Source: a virus
Virus record (IMG/VR): IMGVR_UViG_3300020182_002648
Location: 82,810 to 146,809 of that record
Strand: one strand, 5' to 3'
DNA: 64,000 nt
In this document: positions 54,329 to 64,000 of the stretch, piece after piece
Layout of the letters: each line of letters starts with the position of its first letter
How positions within the stretch are numbered: the first letter of the stretch is position 1
Notes under the pieces: model-generated
What the model saw: only the letters and a program-made list of their open reading frames with translations
Databases searched by the model: none
Told to the model about the DNA's origin: nothing
Translations under genes and position numbers: made by a program

Positions 54329-54607
54329 ATGAAATCAAGTAAAGGAGAGCCAATCGTACTCATCAATCTTCTTTTCATAGTAGCTATCATGATATGGGCA
54401 GCAGTGTATTATGTCAATCATGTTCAAGAGTTGAGAGAGGTGATCGACGTTCAGGATGAAGCGATTCAAATGCAACGCGTTGAAATCGACATGTTGAATC
54501 GAGTCTTTCTACCAGGATTACCATACACTCCGGGAAACACAAACCCGTTGTATAGACCTAATTACAATACTGGTGACAACTCTAATGCTAATATGAACAA
54601 TGAGTAG
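54329..54607 (+). CDS. membrane-anchored coiled-coil protein
   Basis: TM then coil; CCTAAATA-N5-ATG. Confidence 0.55.
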   Translation: MKSSKGEPIVLINLLFIVAIMIWAAVYYVNHVQELREVIDVQDEAIQMQRVEIDMLNRVFLPGLPYTPGNTNPLYRPNYNTGDNSNANMNNE

Positions 54608-54929
54608 AAAGATAGAACGTGAACCACGACCAGACATATATCGTCTGATATATAGACCTGGGAAGTGGACCACAAAAGGAGAGAGATTTTTTAATACATT
54701 CACTGCCGGAGAGGCATTAGATGATTTGTACCATGCATTCAAGACAGGTAAAGTCAATGCACCGTGCTTGACATTAGTAACAATAGATGTATGGAACCCG
54801 TACTCAAACAAATGGGAATGCCGGCAGATTGAAGCTATTCAAGAGACAACTATCAAGCCACCTCAAATGACTATCAAAGGTAGATCTATATACATATGCA
54901 ATGAAGAAGAAGGACCAACGGGTAATTAG
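54600..54929 (+). CDS. hypothetical protein
   Basis: Overlap-coupled ORF. Confidence 0.55.
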   Translation: MSRKIEREPRPDIYRLIYRPGKWTTKGERFFNTFTAGEALDDLYHAFKTGKVNAPCLTLVTIDVWNPYSNKWECRQIEAIQETTIKPPQMTIKGRSIYICNEEEGPTGN

Positions 54930-55131
54930 TGCAATAAGGCATGATTTGCTGAGTGAGCTCCATCGCCATGAAGATATACTGATCAAATCTCTCGAGATAC
55001 AAGTGAGCAAGTTGGAGTTCTCTGCTTTTAAATACAAGGAGCAAGAGGTGTATGATGATCTGCTGGACATGAAGAGAGCATTAAATATACTCAAGTGTTA
55101 CTTCGAGGTTACTCACACTGACGATTGTTAG
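54901..55131 (+). CDS. hypothetical protein
   Basis: 76 aa ORF. Confidence 0.5.
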   Translation: MKKKDQRVISAIRHDLLSELHRHEDILIKSLEIQVSKLEFSAFKYKEQEVYDDLLDMKRALNILKCYFEVTHTDDC

Positions 55132-55137
55132 TCTGTG

Positions 55138-57609
55138 TTAAACCTTACCAGTTGCTGGGACTATCTCAACATCAGCAGAGTCATTACGACCAGGAGGAGT
55201 CTTATCATTGTTTGCTTTTCCTATGTCACGAACACTATCATTAGTATCCATTAAATGCATAGCTGCATTCTTGAATAAATGACTGTGATCTTTGGCGACA
55301 ACATGATCAACATTACTATCACTGATCAACGTTAGTGTTGCACCAGTCCAATGAGGGTGATTGTCACTAGCATCGGCACTATCAACATGCTTTCCACCAT
55401 GAAGCTCACAATCGAAATGCAAACCTCTTAACAATTTACTATACAGCTTAACCAGTTCTGTTTCATGTATCTCTACAGGAGCTGTGATATGCTGACAAGT
55501 TAGCTCTCCTTCAACGTGAAGACCTCCTCCCACTATGACATTCTGGCTCACTCCTAAGTTACTATCAACCATCACCTGACCTCTGTCACGTTGCCGGATT
55601 GATATGATGTCACTCACTATGTTGAGTCTCTTGCCACCATCTATATTGACTTCATTCTGACTGCCTATATTGACTTGATCTCCTGCTACGTTAATTTGAG
55701 TGCCTCCGATCTCAACTCTGCCTAAAGTCTTGATAGCTATACCACCGGCACCAACATGAACATTCCATCTGTTGGTAACATTGAGAGAATAACTACCACC
55801 AGGTAGATCATCCACATGTACTGGTTCTATCAAAGGAGATGGTTTTTGACTGGCCAACACACCTTCTTTGTGGATGATCATGCTGTCACGATACATCTTA
55901 CCAACAGGATCAGTTCTGATACTAGGAAAGTCATTCATCACCATTCCTATATTTTCTATCTTGTGTTTAGCTACATTTATAATCTCACAACCTCCTAATC
56001 CTAACATGCTTTCAATTGGAGCGAGTTTTTCAGTTGTGATTTTGAGTAACTTTTCAAAATTCTTATCACTTTTTTTCTCCTCAACCTTCCATGTACCTTC
56101 CATTGTGCTAGGACTAAGACCACTACCATTACAAACCGGGCATGTCTCACCAAATATTTTACCCTGTCCACCACCGTGAGATTGAGAGCTTTGGTATCCT
56201 TCATTCTTGAATTTGTATTGTATAGCATTAGGAGATGACGGTACACCTAGATCACTACGACCAATTGGATTGAAAAATCCTTGCTGGTTGTTACCTGTAG
56301 CAGCCGATGATGCACCATTACCACCACCCCAGCTGGTGTCAGTCAATCCTGTATATCGAAATTGATTACGTAAGCTCCAGTACTTTATACGGTCATCATC
56401 ATTACACACAGGACAAGGCAAGAATGTACCGGTTTGGGTTGATTCTAACACACCGTTAGACCAACTAGGGCCGTTTATTCTTTGTATCTCGAACAATGCC
56501 TTCACTTCAGCTAGAGATCTCATCTCATCTCTCCATTGTAAGTGATAATTATAATTCTGATATCCTATTTTCTTGTAACTGTCTCCTCTGACTATATAAT
56601 CTAAATCCCGTTCAGTGTATATGTTACGAAAGCCTTTGACTGTGTCATAATAATCTTCTTGAATCAATCGCTGACTGTTACGTGTCGCGAATTCTATGTT
56701 GGTATGATTGTTGAACTCAATAAACGATCCACTGAAGTGAGTCATTTTTAACACTTCCTTGTTGTCTGTGTTGACGAACTCTAATGCACCACCTTTCTGA
56801 TTTATCACGTATTTGTTACGATACGTCTCAGTGTTGTTGTCGAACATCTTCTCTTCCTTGTTGCTTATGTTCTCATATGTACCTGGGTAATCAGATCCAT
56901 GTTCATCATTACAGTCATATATACCCTTCCAATCCTCCTCACCATGCATCACACCAAACACAACTGGTTGCATGTGATCGCCATCCTGAAAGAACACCCA
57001 CACATGGCTACCTACATTAGGTATGCTGAAGCTACCTTTGGCTAAATTACTATACGTGTTAGGTCTGTAGTTGTGTGCATATTTGTTAGGGCGATTCACG
57101 CCGTTGGCTCTGTCACCAGGTTCTAGTTCAGAAAACAGATCAGCATCAATATCATCAGGATTTTCTGTGTTAGTGAATGCATCCTTGGTCCATGTAGGAT
57201 GAGACTCATACACCTTGCCAGGGCTCTCACCTATATGCTCATCATTAAGCTTGTACTTCTTCTCCACATCTGTCTGATGTTTGTGAGGTTGTATAGTCTC
57301 ATTTCGATTACTGTCGCTTATCGTACCAATTTGCTGGTGAGCGTTATACTTACCGCTACCGGAAGCACCTATCAATGGCATGCTGTTCTCAGCCCATGGT
57401 AACACAGTCTTAAGCTCTGGTAAAATTTTCTCCAGATCACTCTGTATATTTTTACCTAAAAATCTGAAACTCTTGTCAGACAGCTCTGAAAACCAGTCCT
57501 GGTAAACATTAGCTTGTATGTGTGGTACATACACTTTTACGCGACCTCGGAAATCCGGATCGTTGTTCTGGATAACTATACCCAAGTACATTCCTGTGTA
57601 TTCATTCAT
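55138..57609 (-). CDS. gp5/VgrG-like baseplate central spike
   Basis: GIV..NNDP..RGRVKV OB fold, PNVGSHVWVFF.DGD..QPV, HFSGSFIE, beta-helix repeats, terminal HSH. Confidence 0.85.
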   Translation of the reverse strand: MNEYTGMYLGIVIQNNDPDFRGRVKVYVPHIQANVYQDWFSELSDKSFRFLGKNIQSDLEKILPELKTVLPWAENSMPLIGASGSGKYNAHQQIGTISDSNRNETIQPHKHQTDVEKKYKLNDEHIGESPGKVYESHPTWTKDAFTNTENPDDIDADLFSELEPGDRANGVNRPNKYAHNYRPNTYSNLAKGSFSIPNVGSHVWVFFQDGDHMQPVVFGVMHGEEDWKGIYDCNDEHGSDYPGTYENISNKEEKMFDNNTETYRNKYVINQKGGALEFVNTDNKEVLKMTHFSGSFIEFNNHTNIEFATRNSQRLIQEDYYDTVKGFRNIYTERDLDYIVRGDSYKKIGYQNYNYHLQWRDEMRSLAEVKALFEIQRINGPSWSNGVLESTQTGTFLPCPVCNDDDRIKYWSLRNQFRYTGLTDTSWGGGNGASSAATGNNQQGFFNPIGRSDLGVPSSPNAIQYKFKNEGYQSSQSHGGGQGKIFGETCPVCNGSGLSPSTMEGTWKVEEKKSDKNFEKLLKITTEKLAPIESMLGLGGCEIINVAKHKIENIGMVMNDFPSIRTDPVGKMYRDSMIIHKEGVLASQKPSPLIEPVHVDDLPGGSYSLNVTNRWNVHVGAGGIAIKTLGRVEIGGTQINVAGDQVNIGSQNEVNIDGGKRLNIVSDIISIRQRDRGQVMVDSNLGVSQNVIVGGGLHVEGELTCQHITAPVEIHETELVKLYSKLLRGLHFDCELHGGKHVDSADASDNHPHWTGATLTLISDSNVDHVVAKDHSHLFKNAAMHLMDTNDSVRDIGKANNDKTPPGRNDSADVEIVPATGKV

Positions 57610-57610
57610 A

Positions 57611-59188
57611 TCAAAGATTAAAAGCTGCCATCAACATAGGATCAAAATCACCATTTCTCCCTACATAATCTAAACTTTCTATAGTTACCGGGTCTTCATA
57701 GTTAATTATAGCCCTTAACATGAATTCATGAGGGAAATATGACTTGTTCATGTTTGAGCTGAAGTTAGGTATTGATACGAAGATTGTATTATCGGGTTCC
57801 CACTCAACTTGCGCGACCTTAGCATAATCCTTTCCCCATCCGGACTCTTTGTTTATTAAAGCGTTTTTCTTGCATAATTCAGAGAACACCGGTGTAAATA
57901 TTTTCCACCACCAAGCAAGTCTAGAAGTTGAGAAATTACTAAACACTCCAATGTCATCTGTTCCGGTGCCGTGTTGCACGTTCTCGTATCCTTTGATCTT
58001 GGGTAACCCGCCGTTCAAGTTTATATCTTCCGGTATTTCGAACTCATCATTCCATATCCGGAAGAATTGCTCCATTCGCTCCGTTCCGGTTGTTCGGATT
58101 GCATTATCGTATGACCATACCCTTGACCTACCTCCAAATGTATTAGGATGTTTATTCCGGAGAATAGTACGATATGAATCACCAACCAAGACATCTCTGC
58201 TCGCTGGTTCATCGCTAGAGATGTCACCACATCCATTATTCTTCCATAGATCTATTGTCATCGTCATCAGCTTGCGATACGCCATGACACGGACTGTGTC
58301 ACCTAGAATCCTTTGCGCTGAAATTGTTGGTGGGTTAGGGAATCTTTTGGGATATGCTATGTGGTTGAGTATCGCGTTAGTCTCGGCTTGAATATCCCGA
58401 AGGTTACTAAGCATGATTCCATGCAGAAATATCATGTATTCTAGATAATGCCATTTCTCTGTTAACGGGCATCGCTCTACCTTCTTACTCACAGTAGTCA
58501 CACTGTCTGCTTGAGTCACTGTTTGTACTGTTCTGACTTCCTTGTTTATTGTGACAGATGTCTTGACAGTCTCTTGTTTGGTCTCTTCTTTGACTTCAGC
58601 TATTATCTTTTCCTTCTGCACCTTGGCAACCTCTGGATCCTTTAACGCAGCCACTCTCTCCTTGGGGGTAAGAGCCTCTGTCTTACTCTTTATCTTGTCA
58701 TCCATCTTCACACCAACAGCACTAGCTTTGCCAGCAAATTGCTTACCACAATCCTTCTCAAGTGCAGCTGCGCGTGCGGCTACGGCATCTGATGCACCGT
58801 TCACTTTTCCTTTCACATTGTTGAGTGTTTCCTCAGGACTGTTAGGTACAAAACTCTTGACCTTGGCAGCTGGATCAAATCCTGTTATCATGTCCTTGAG
58901 ATTTGATAACCCGGTCACTGCTGCATCAACTCTGCTGGTTATAGATCCGGCTATTCCTTCAATTGCATCTCCAATTTTACCGGCGATCGCATCCGGAGAA
59001 AAACTGTTTCCTAATTTCTTGGCGTTTGATGTGATCAAACCGCCGGCTCCCTTGAGAGAGTCTGACAATGTAGATTTGCTCACTGGAGCTTTCAAATCAT
59101 CTAGACTTTTGCCAGCTGGGAGATTACCTTTGAGCTTGCTAACGTCAAGCTCTGGTACTTCAGGTGGTTTTATCTCGTCACATCCCAT
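57611..59188 (-). CDS. putative late virion/baseplate-associated protein
   Basis: TATAAATA 59195..59202; adjacent to the spike gene. Confidence 0.5.
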   Translation of the reverse strand: MGCDEIKPPEVPELDVSKLKGNLPAGKSLDDLKAPVSKSTLSDSLKGAGGLITSNAKKLGNSFSPDAIAGKIGDAIEGIAGSITSRVDAAVTGLSNLKDMITGFDPAAKVKSFVPNSPEETLNNVKGKVNGASDAVAARAAALEKDCGKQFAGKASAVGVKMDDKIKSKTEALTPKERVAALKDPEVAKVQKEKIIAEVKEETKQETVKTSVTINKEVRTVQTVTQADSVTTVSKKVERCPLTEKWHYLEYMIFLHGIMLSNLRDIQAETNAILNHIAYPKRFPNPPTISAQRILGDTVRVMAYRKLMTMTIDLWKNNGCGDISSDEPASRDVLVGDSYRTILRNKHPNTFGGRSRVWSYDNAIRTTGTERMEQFFRIWNDEFEIPEDINLNGGLPKIKGYENVQHGTGTDDIGVFSNFSTSRLAWWWKIFTPVFSELCKKNALINKESGWGKDYAKVAQVEWEPDNTIFVSIPNFSSNMNKSYFPHEFMLRAIINYEDPVTIESLDYVGRNGDFDPMLMAAFNL

Positions 59189-59240
59189 ATATATTATTTA
59201 TACAGGAAGCTCTATAGTTACAGCTATCTAACGTAGGTTC

Positions 59241-62200
59241 TTACTTGTTTTCTAATGTACTGATACGATTCTTAAGATCTTCAATTAATGCTTGTTGCTC
59301 TTGAATTGCTTTGGTTAGCACTGGAATGAGCTGAACATATTCCATCTCCAGTTTTGTGTCATCAGATTTAGGTATCATTTCAAGACTATCTTCATCTTCA
59401 GGTTGTTCATAACCGTCGATACAATCACCGGTGTCACGGACCGTCTCGGGGATTATCGGTTGAGTTGTTTGAGCTCCGAATCCTAATTTTGTTGTTGATG
59501 ATGTATCTTCTTTTAAGGTGTATGATATAGGTTTCAATTTCAACACATCACTCAAGCCGTAACTGAAATTCTCGTGGATGTCTTTCAATCTCTCATCTGA
59601 TGTCTGAGACCCTACTATGCTACCTCCGCCGGCATTAGCAGATGCAAACGAGGTTGCCATTTTCAACGTTTGGTTATCACTGTATATTATATTATTTGTA
59701 GTACTGTCCCGGCAAGTTGCTAGCCAGTAACTCCATGCATCAACCGCACCGGAAGGAGGGGATGCTTCTCTGTATAATCCAATTTCACTAACCGCGGCAC
59801 TGTTTAGATCTTCTACTCTGAAGTAATTCGCTGTGTCGTTGTATTGATATTGCTTGATGGTGTGTCGACCAGCGTTGGGATTTCCGCCGGCATTGACAGT
59901 GGTTGTTCCAAACCGGTCGACCGTCATGACTGTGTTCAAGGATTGAGTATCACCGGCTGCGGATGCAATTGTTGGGGATGCGCTGAATGTAAACTGCCCT
60001 TGAAGCAAACCTATTGCTGAAGGGTATCCAACTCCGTATGCTCGATTCGTTCCATCTGAGTGACTGTAATAGTTACTCTGAAGGTACAATTGGTCGTAAA
60101 CTGCAGACTCGTCTGAAACGCACATGAGCGTTGATGACTTACCTACCTTTAAGTTTTTGTAATAAGGATATGGTGCGTTGTGTGGTGCGTTACCAATTCC
60201 TACATTACCGAATGAGTCGATACGTAATCGCTCAGCAGCTACGTTACCTCCTTCCGTGACGAAAGCTAAATAACCATCAGCCACACTAGTGTGTGAAGAT
60301 ACAATTCTATTTACAATTCTATCAGCGTTGGTGCTAAAGTCTATAGACGCAAATGTGTTAGCTGCTGTCCCGGAATTCCGGAGGGTGATACATGAGTCTC
60401 CTCCTTGACCAAGGGCGGTTGAACTGTATAATGTTGAACTATTTCCACTGATGTCTAGTTTACTTTGAGGAGCTGTTGTGCTCAGTCCTGCATAGCCGTT
60501 GGATTTGACTAGAAATTTGAAATTCCCATCTGCGTGGACGCCAAAAACAGACTTGTTGTCTGCATTAGTTGCATCACTCCTGACGAGCAATCCGTTACCG
60601 GCAGTACCGCCTGTCCCCTTGTTGTATATTCGTGAAATCCAATCACTATCGACAACATCTTCTACAGTAAGCCTATAATTTGGAGCAGCAGTACCGATAC
60701 CTACATTGCCTTTTGATTTAACTGTGAATATAGTGCTATTGCTTGTGGAAAGGTCTCCTCTAACGTTAATAAGGTCAATTTCGTCAGCTCTAGTGGATGA
60801 ATCGATAAACAAGCCGCCAGGTGAATTATTTAACTGAGCGTTTATGCAAAATTTATGAGACGTGACTGCATTGCCAATACCTGCTGTACCGTCACCGTTC
60901 ATGACCATTATTGGGACGGCATTTGAGTTTCTTATTTGAAGTTGGTTTGAGGAATATACTGGGGTTAAGAAAAAATCTGCCGGATCAGGTGTATTGGCTG
61001 TGTTCCTTAAACGTATCTGAGATCTTGTATTATTATTACCCTCGATGTGCAGCGCGCAGTTGGGACTCGTAGTACCAATGCCTACATTATTTCGCTTTGT
61101 TATTAATACTGCAGAGCTTAAATCGGAGGCACCTACAAACAAACCAACATGATCACTTGCAGTACCATCCTCGACAATATGCACAGTGGCCGGGGCGCTT
61201 CCCCCTCCATTATAAAATTTGCTTGTCGTAACAGTATTTGAAGAGTTAACAACCTCTAAATTCGCATTAGGACTCGTAGTACCAATACCTACATTGCCGG
61301 ATGAATCAATAACCATTCTCTTATTAGCCGCGGTGGAGGAGGAAGTAGTAGTGTTCGCTGCTGTACCAAAGGTGATTTTTGTAGGACAATTCATACTACC
61401 AGTACCCCATCCGATAAATAAATTACTCTCAGTAGCACTTGATGTATGCATCATCATGTTTACTGGTTTAGAAGCATTCGTATACGCTATACCACCTATT
61501 CTAGATGATTTAAGAGCGTTATCAGTTACCCCCAAACCGTCATCACTACCTCCTAAAACCATGGTTGAAGTGTCTGCTACATCAAGTTTAAACTTAGGAC
61601 TCGTAGTACCAATACCTACATTACCACCCAAAAAGATCGCGGACGCATCACTACCTTCTTGATCTACATACAGAGTTGCTGAGGAATCACTATTACTTCT
61701 GAGCCAAGTTTGAGCCTCTGATACACGAAGTGTTCCTATGATATCTAATGGGAAACTAGGGCTCGTAGTACCAATACCTACGTTACCACCATCTTTAACA
61801 AATATTCCATTACCACCATCATCAAAGAGAGATAACCCGGACGTGTCTCTAGCCTGAACCTTATCAGTATATAGATACTTACCATCATTCAATATTACAT
61901 TCTCACTAAAATTCCAAGACTGACTTGCGTTAGACCATAATATAGTTTTATCAGTTGTTCCCTTGAGAGTTATACCTCCACCATTCGCAGTAGCGTCAGT
62001 AGGTGTGTTGATTGAGCCTATCTCAATATTCTTATCATCAACTGAAAGTGTTGTTGAGTTGATCGTCGTGGTAGTACCATTTACAGTTAATGTACCAGCT
62101 ACAACAAGATCCTGTGTACCGGTTGACCCAGTTACAGTCAAATCTTTAGTTGTGGTACCATTTGTTACCGATAAGTCTTTAGTTGTGGTCGTGTTCGTTA

Positions 62201-63569
62201 CAGAAGCGTTGTCTGTTACTGACAAGTCTTTAGTTGTCGTACCATTTGTTACCGACAAGTCTTTAGTTGTGGTCGTGTTCGTTACAGTAGCACTATCAGT
62301 TACAGAAAGGTCTTTAGTTGTCGTGGTGTTTGTTACAGTAGCTGAATCTGTTACAGAAAGGTCTTTAGTTGTGGTCGTGTTCGTTACAGTAGCACTATCA
62401 GTTACAGAAAGGTCTTTAGTTGTCGTACCATTTGTTACCGACAAGTCTTTAGTTGTGGTCGTGTTCGTTACAGTAGCTGAATCTGTTACAGAAAGGTCTT
62501 TAGTTGTGGTCGTGTTCGTTACAGTAGCTGAATCTGTTACAGAAAGGTCTTTAGTTGTCGTACCATTTGTTACCGACAAGTCTTTAGTTGTCGTGGTGTT
62601 TGTTACAGAAGCTGAATCTGTTACAGAAAGGTCTTTAGTTGTGGTCGTGTTCGTTACAGTAGCACTATCTGTTACCGATAAGTCTTTAGTTGTCGTACCA
62701 TTTGTTACAGTAGCACTATCACCAACTGTTAGTGAACCATCAACTGTTGAGCTACCAGTGGCTGATATACCCTGCACGTACAAATCACGCCATTGTTGTG
62801 AATTTGAACCTAGGTCATGAGTCTTGTTGGTATTTGGTATGATATTACTATCTACATCGGCGTTAAACACTACGTTATCATTATCACTATCACCGACATT
62901 TATATTACCACCAGCTCCAGCACTCAAATAGGCATTACCATCAACTCTAAGATCACCTTTTATATGTACATTATCGTCAAATACCGAACTACCCATAGCA
63001 CTCACTGTACCACCTAGAGTAATACCCGTGTCAGTTATGATCGCGCGTCTTTCCCCAGTTGTGAAGAATTTCAATTCATCGTTATCATCTCCAGCTATAT
63101 CCTCAGCTGATACATATGTGTCTTGATCGACATCAATTACTCCACCTAGTGAGCCCCAAGCTGGACCGGCTCCAAATCCTTCAAATTGATCAGTTGTTGT
63201 GTTGTATCTAATATAACCTTTGTGCTCTGCAGTTGTTGATGTTGGTCGCTCGGCTGTGGTTCCTTTGGGTATCTTGATAGCATCAACTGTGTTAACATCT
63301 ATAGATACCGCTGGTGACCATGTGTTAATACCGATGTTATCTGCTCTTAACGTTATGGCTCTCAACATTCCATCGACCTGTAATAATGATTCCACTGCTG
63401 GGTACTCTGTACCTATACCGATCTGTGTGGTTGAAATACTTAGTATAGAGGGTGTTCCTTCACCATCTTCAATCCACCGGGTTGCTGCATCTACTCCTGT
63501 GTTATTATTACTGACTTGTAACAAGTCTTTATAGCTAGTAGCTATGGTTCTATTCGTCAATGTACTCAT
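59241..63569 (-). CDS. long tail fibre with GNVGIGTTSP repeats and C-terminal S74 chaperone
   Basis: TSDERLK...GFGAQ...LIPVLTKAIQE; start moved to MSTLTNR (AATAAATA-N5-ATG). Confidence 0.9.
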   Translation of the reverse strand: MSTLTNRTIATSYKDLLQVSNNNTGVDAATRWIEDGEGTPSILSISTTQIGIGTEYPAVESLLQVDGMLRAITLRADNIGINTWSPAVSIDVNTVDAIKIPKGTTAERPTSTTAEHKGYIRYNTTTDQFEGFGAGPAWGSLGGVIDVDQDTYVSAEDIAGDDNDELKFFTTGERRAIITDTGITLGGTVSAMGSSVFDDNVHIKGDLRVDGNAYLSAGAGGNINVGDSDNDNVVFNADVDSNIIPNTNKTHDLGSNSQQWRDLYVQGISATGSSTVDGSLTVGDSATVTNGTTTKDLSVTDSATVTNTTTTKDLSVTDSASVTNTTTTKDLSVTNGTTTKDLSVTDSATVTNTTTTKDLSVTDSATVTNTTTTKDLSVTNGTTTKDLSVTDSATVTNTTTTKDLSVTDSATVTNTTTTKDLSVTDSATVTNTTTTKDLSVTNGTTTKDLSVTDNASVTNTTTTKDLSVTNGTTTKDLTVTGSTGTQDLVVAGTLTVNGTTTTINSTTLSVDDKNIEIGSINTPTDATANGGGITLKGTTDKTILWSNASQSWNFSENVILNDGKYLYTDKVQARDTSGLSLFDDGGNGIFVKDGGNVGIGTTSPSFPLDIIGTLRVSEAQTWLRSNSDSSATLYVDQEGSDASAIFLGGNVGIGTTSPKFKLDVADTSTMVLGGSDDGLGVTDNALKSSRIGGIAYTNASKPVNMMMHTSSATESNLFIGWGTGSMNCPTKITFGTAANTTTSSSTAANKRMVIDSSGNVGIGTTSPNANLEVVNSSNTVTTSKFYNGGGSAPATVHIVEDGTASDHVGLFVGASDLSSAVLITKRNNVGIGTTSPNCALHIEGNNNTRSQIRLRNTANTPDPADFFLTPVYSSNQLQIRNSNAVPIMVMNGDGTAGIGNAVTSHKFCINAQLNNSPGGLFIDSSTRADEIDLINVRGDLSTSNSTIFTVKSKGNVGIGTAAPNYRLTVEDVVDSDWISRIYNKGTGGTAGNGLLVRSDATNADNKSVFGVHADGNFKFLVKSNGYAGLSTTAPQSKLDISGNSSTLYSSTALGQGGDSCITLRNSGTAANTFASIDFSTNADRIVNRIVSSHTSVADGYLAFVTEGGNVAAERLRIDSFGNVGIGNAPHNAPYPYYKNLKVGKSSTLMCVSDESAVYDQLYLQSNYYSHSDGTNRAYGVGYPSAIGLLQGQFTFSASPTIASAAGDTQSLNTVMTVDRFGTTTVNAGGNPNAGRHTIKQYQYNDTANYFRVEDLNSAAVSEIGLYREASPPSGAVDAWSYWLATCRDSTTNNIIYSDNQTLKMATSFASANAGGGSIVGSQTSDERLKDIHENFSYGLSDVLKLKPISYTLKEDTSSTTKLGFGAQTTQPIIPETVRDTGDCIDGYEQPEDEDSLEMIPKSDDTKLEMEYVQLIPVLTKAIQEQQALIEDLKNRISTLENK
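62130..62725 (-). repeat. mosaic tandem repeat of 51-bp and 33-bp units in tail fibre
   Basis: TKDLSVTDSATVTNTTT (x8) and TKDLSVTNGTT (x4). Confidence 0.9.
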
Positions 63570-63659
63570 ACATATATTTATTCTCTGGTTGGGTCTGTTC
63601 GTACACTTATGGTGATTTATTAAGTTGCATGTTGAAGCGCGATGTGTTATAATATGAAA

Positions 63660-64000
63660 ATGGATGTATATACAATTCCGGATTTTGTCTCTAAAGAGGA
63701 GATAGAAGCGATATACCAACAAACAAGTGTGGGTTTACAACGACCATGGACGTTCTCTGGTGATGTGATTGGACTGGGTGGCAGTAGCCGGAGTGTCCCG
63801 GGGATTTGTTTTGACATGACAGATGATATACATGTATATAAATCATGGAACCAACCAATCCGTCCGGAATTGTTCGAACCAGGGTGTGAGCTGGCGTGTG
63901 AAATACTTGATTCATTTGAATCAAGAGGATCACCAGTTGGGGTTCATGAGTTGTATCGGTTTCGGTTCAACTACCTGTTTAACAGTCTGGTGGATGGTTA
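63660..64000 (+). CDS. partial ORF running off the window (possible 2OG-Fe(II) oxygenase N-terminus)
   Basis: MDVYTIPDFVSKEE... open to window end; TTGCAT-N17-TATAAT-N6-ATG (63625..63653). Confidence 0.55.
   Translation, partial: MDVYTIPDFVSKEEIEAIYQQTSVGLQRPWTFSGDVIGLGGSSRSVPGICFDMTDDIHVYKSWNQPIRPELFEPGCELACEILDSFESRGSPVGVHELYRFRFNYLFNSLVDG

Noticed and set aside
61963-62820. 285 aa plus-strand Val-rich ORF
   Set aside because: Antisense shadow of the fibre repeat; the same applies to 58542..59231, 61219..61662, 37847..38065 and most short opposite-strand ORFs
1-64000. tRNA/rRNA genes and stop-codon reassignment
   Set aside because: No cloverleaf recognised in the short intergenic gaps (not computed); TAA, TAG and TGA all end full-length conserved genes

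Overview
This 64 kb window is part of a large, AT-rich, T4-like (myovirus-type) phage genome. The host is probably in the PVC superphylum, inferred from DUF1501, a beta-barrel outer-membrane protein and a Chlamydia-type RNR. From left to right it contains: (i) small early/accessory genes (DUF932, SprT, PRTase, RadA-like ATPase, lipoproteins); (ii) a ~14 kb minus-strand modification cluster (five radical SAM enzymes, glycosyltransferases, deacetylases, SDR epimerases, split transketolase, U32-like protein) directly downstream of a tail-fibre module; (iii) an nrdA gene fractured at its catalytic cysteine by a naturally split intein whose halves flank a free-standing GIY-YIG endonuclease, plus a tyrosine-less class Ic-type nrdB; (iv) a subtilase, PPase and OMP; (v) a sulfation/glycosylation island behind a late promoter (CysC-nucleotidyltransferase fusion, three sulfotransferases, LicD); (vi) putative internal head proteins sharing an N-terminal motif, plus DHH, DUF1501 and LOG genes; (vii) a gp5-like spike and a long repeat-containing tail fibre. 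Two promoter classes recur across the window: TTGCNN-N17-TATAAT and T4-late-like NNTAA(A/G)TA. Both mostly sit 5-7 nt from the start codon, implying largely leaderless mRNAs. All calls come from motif recognition by eye; no searches were run.
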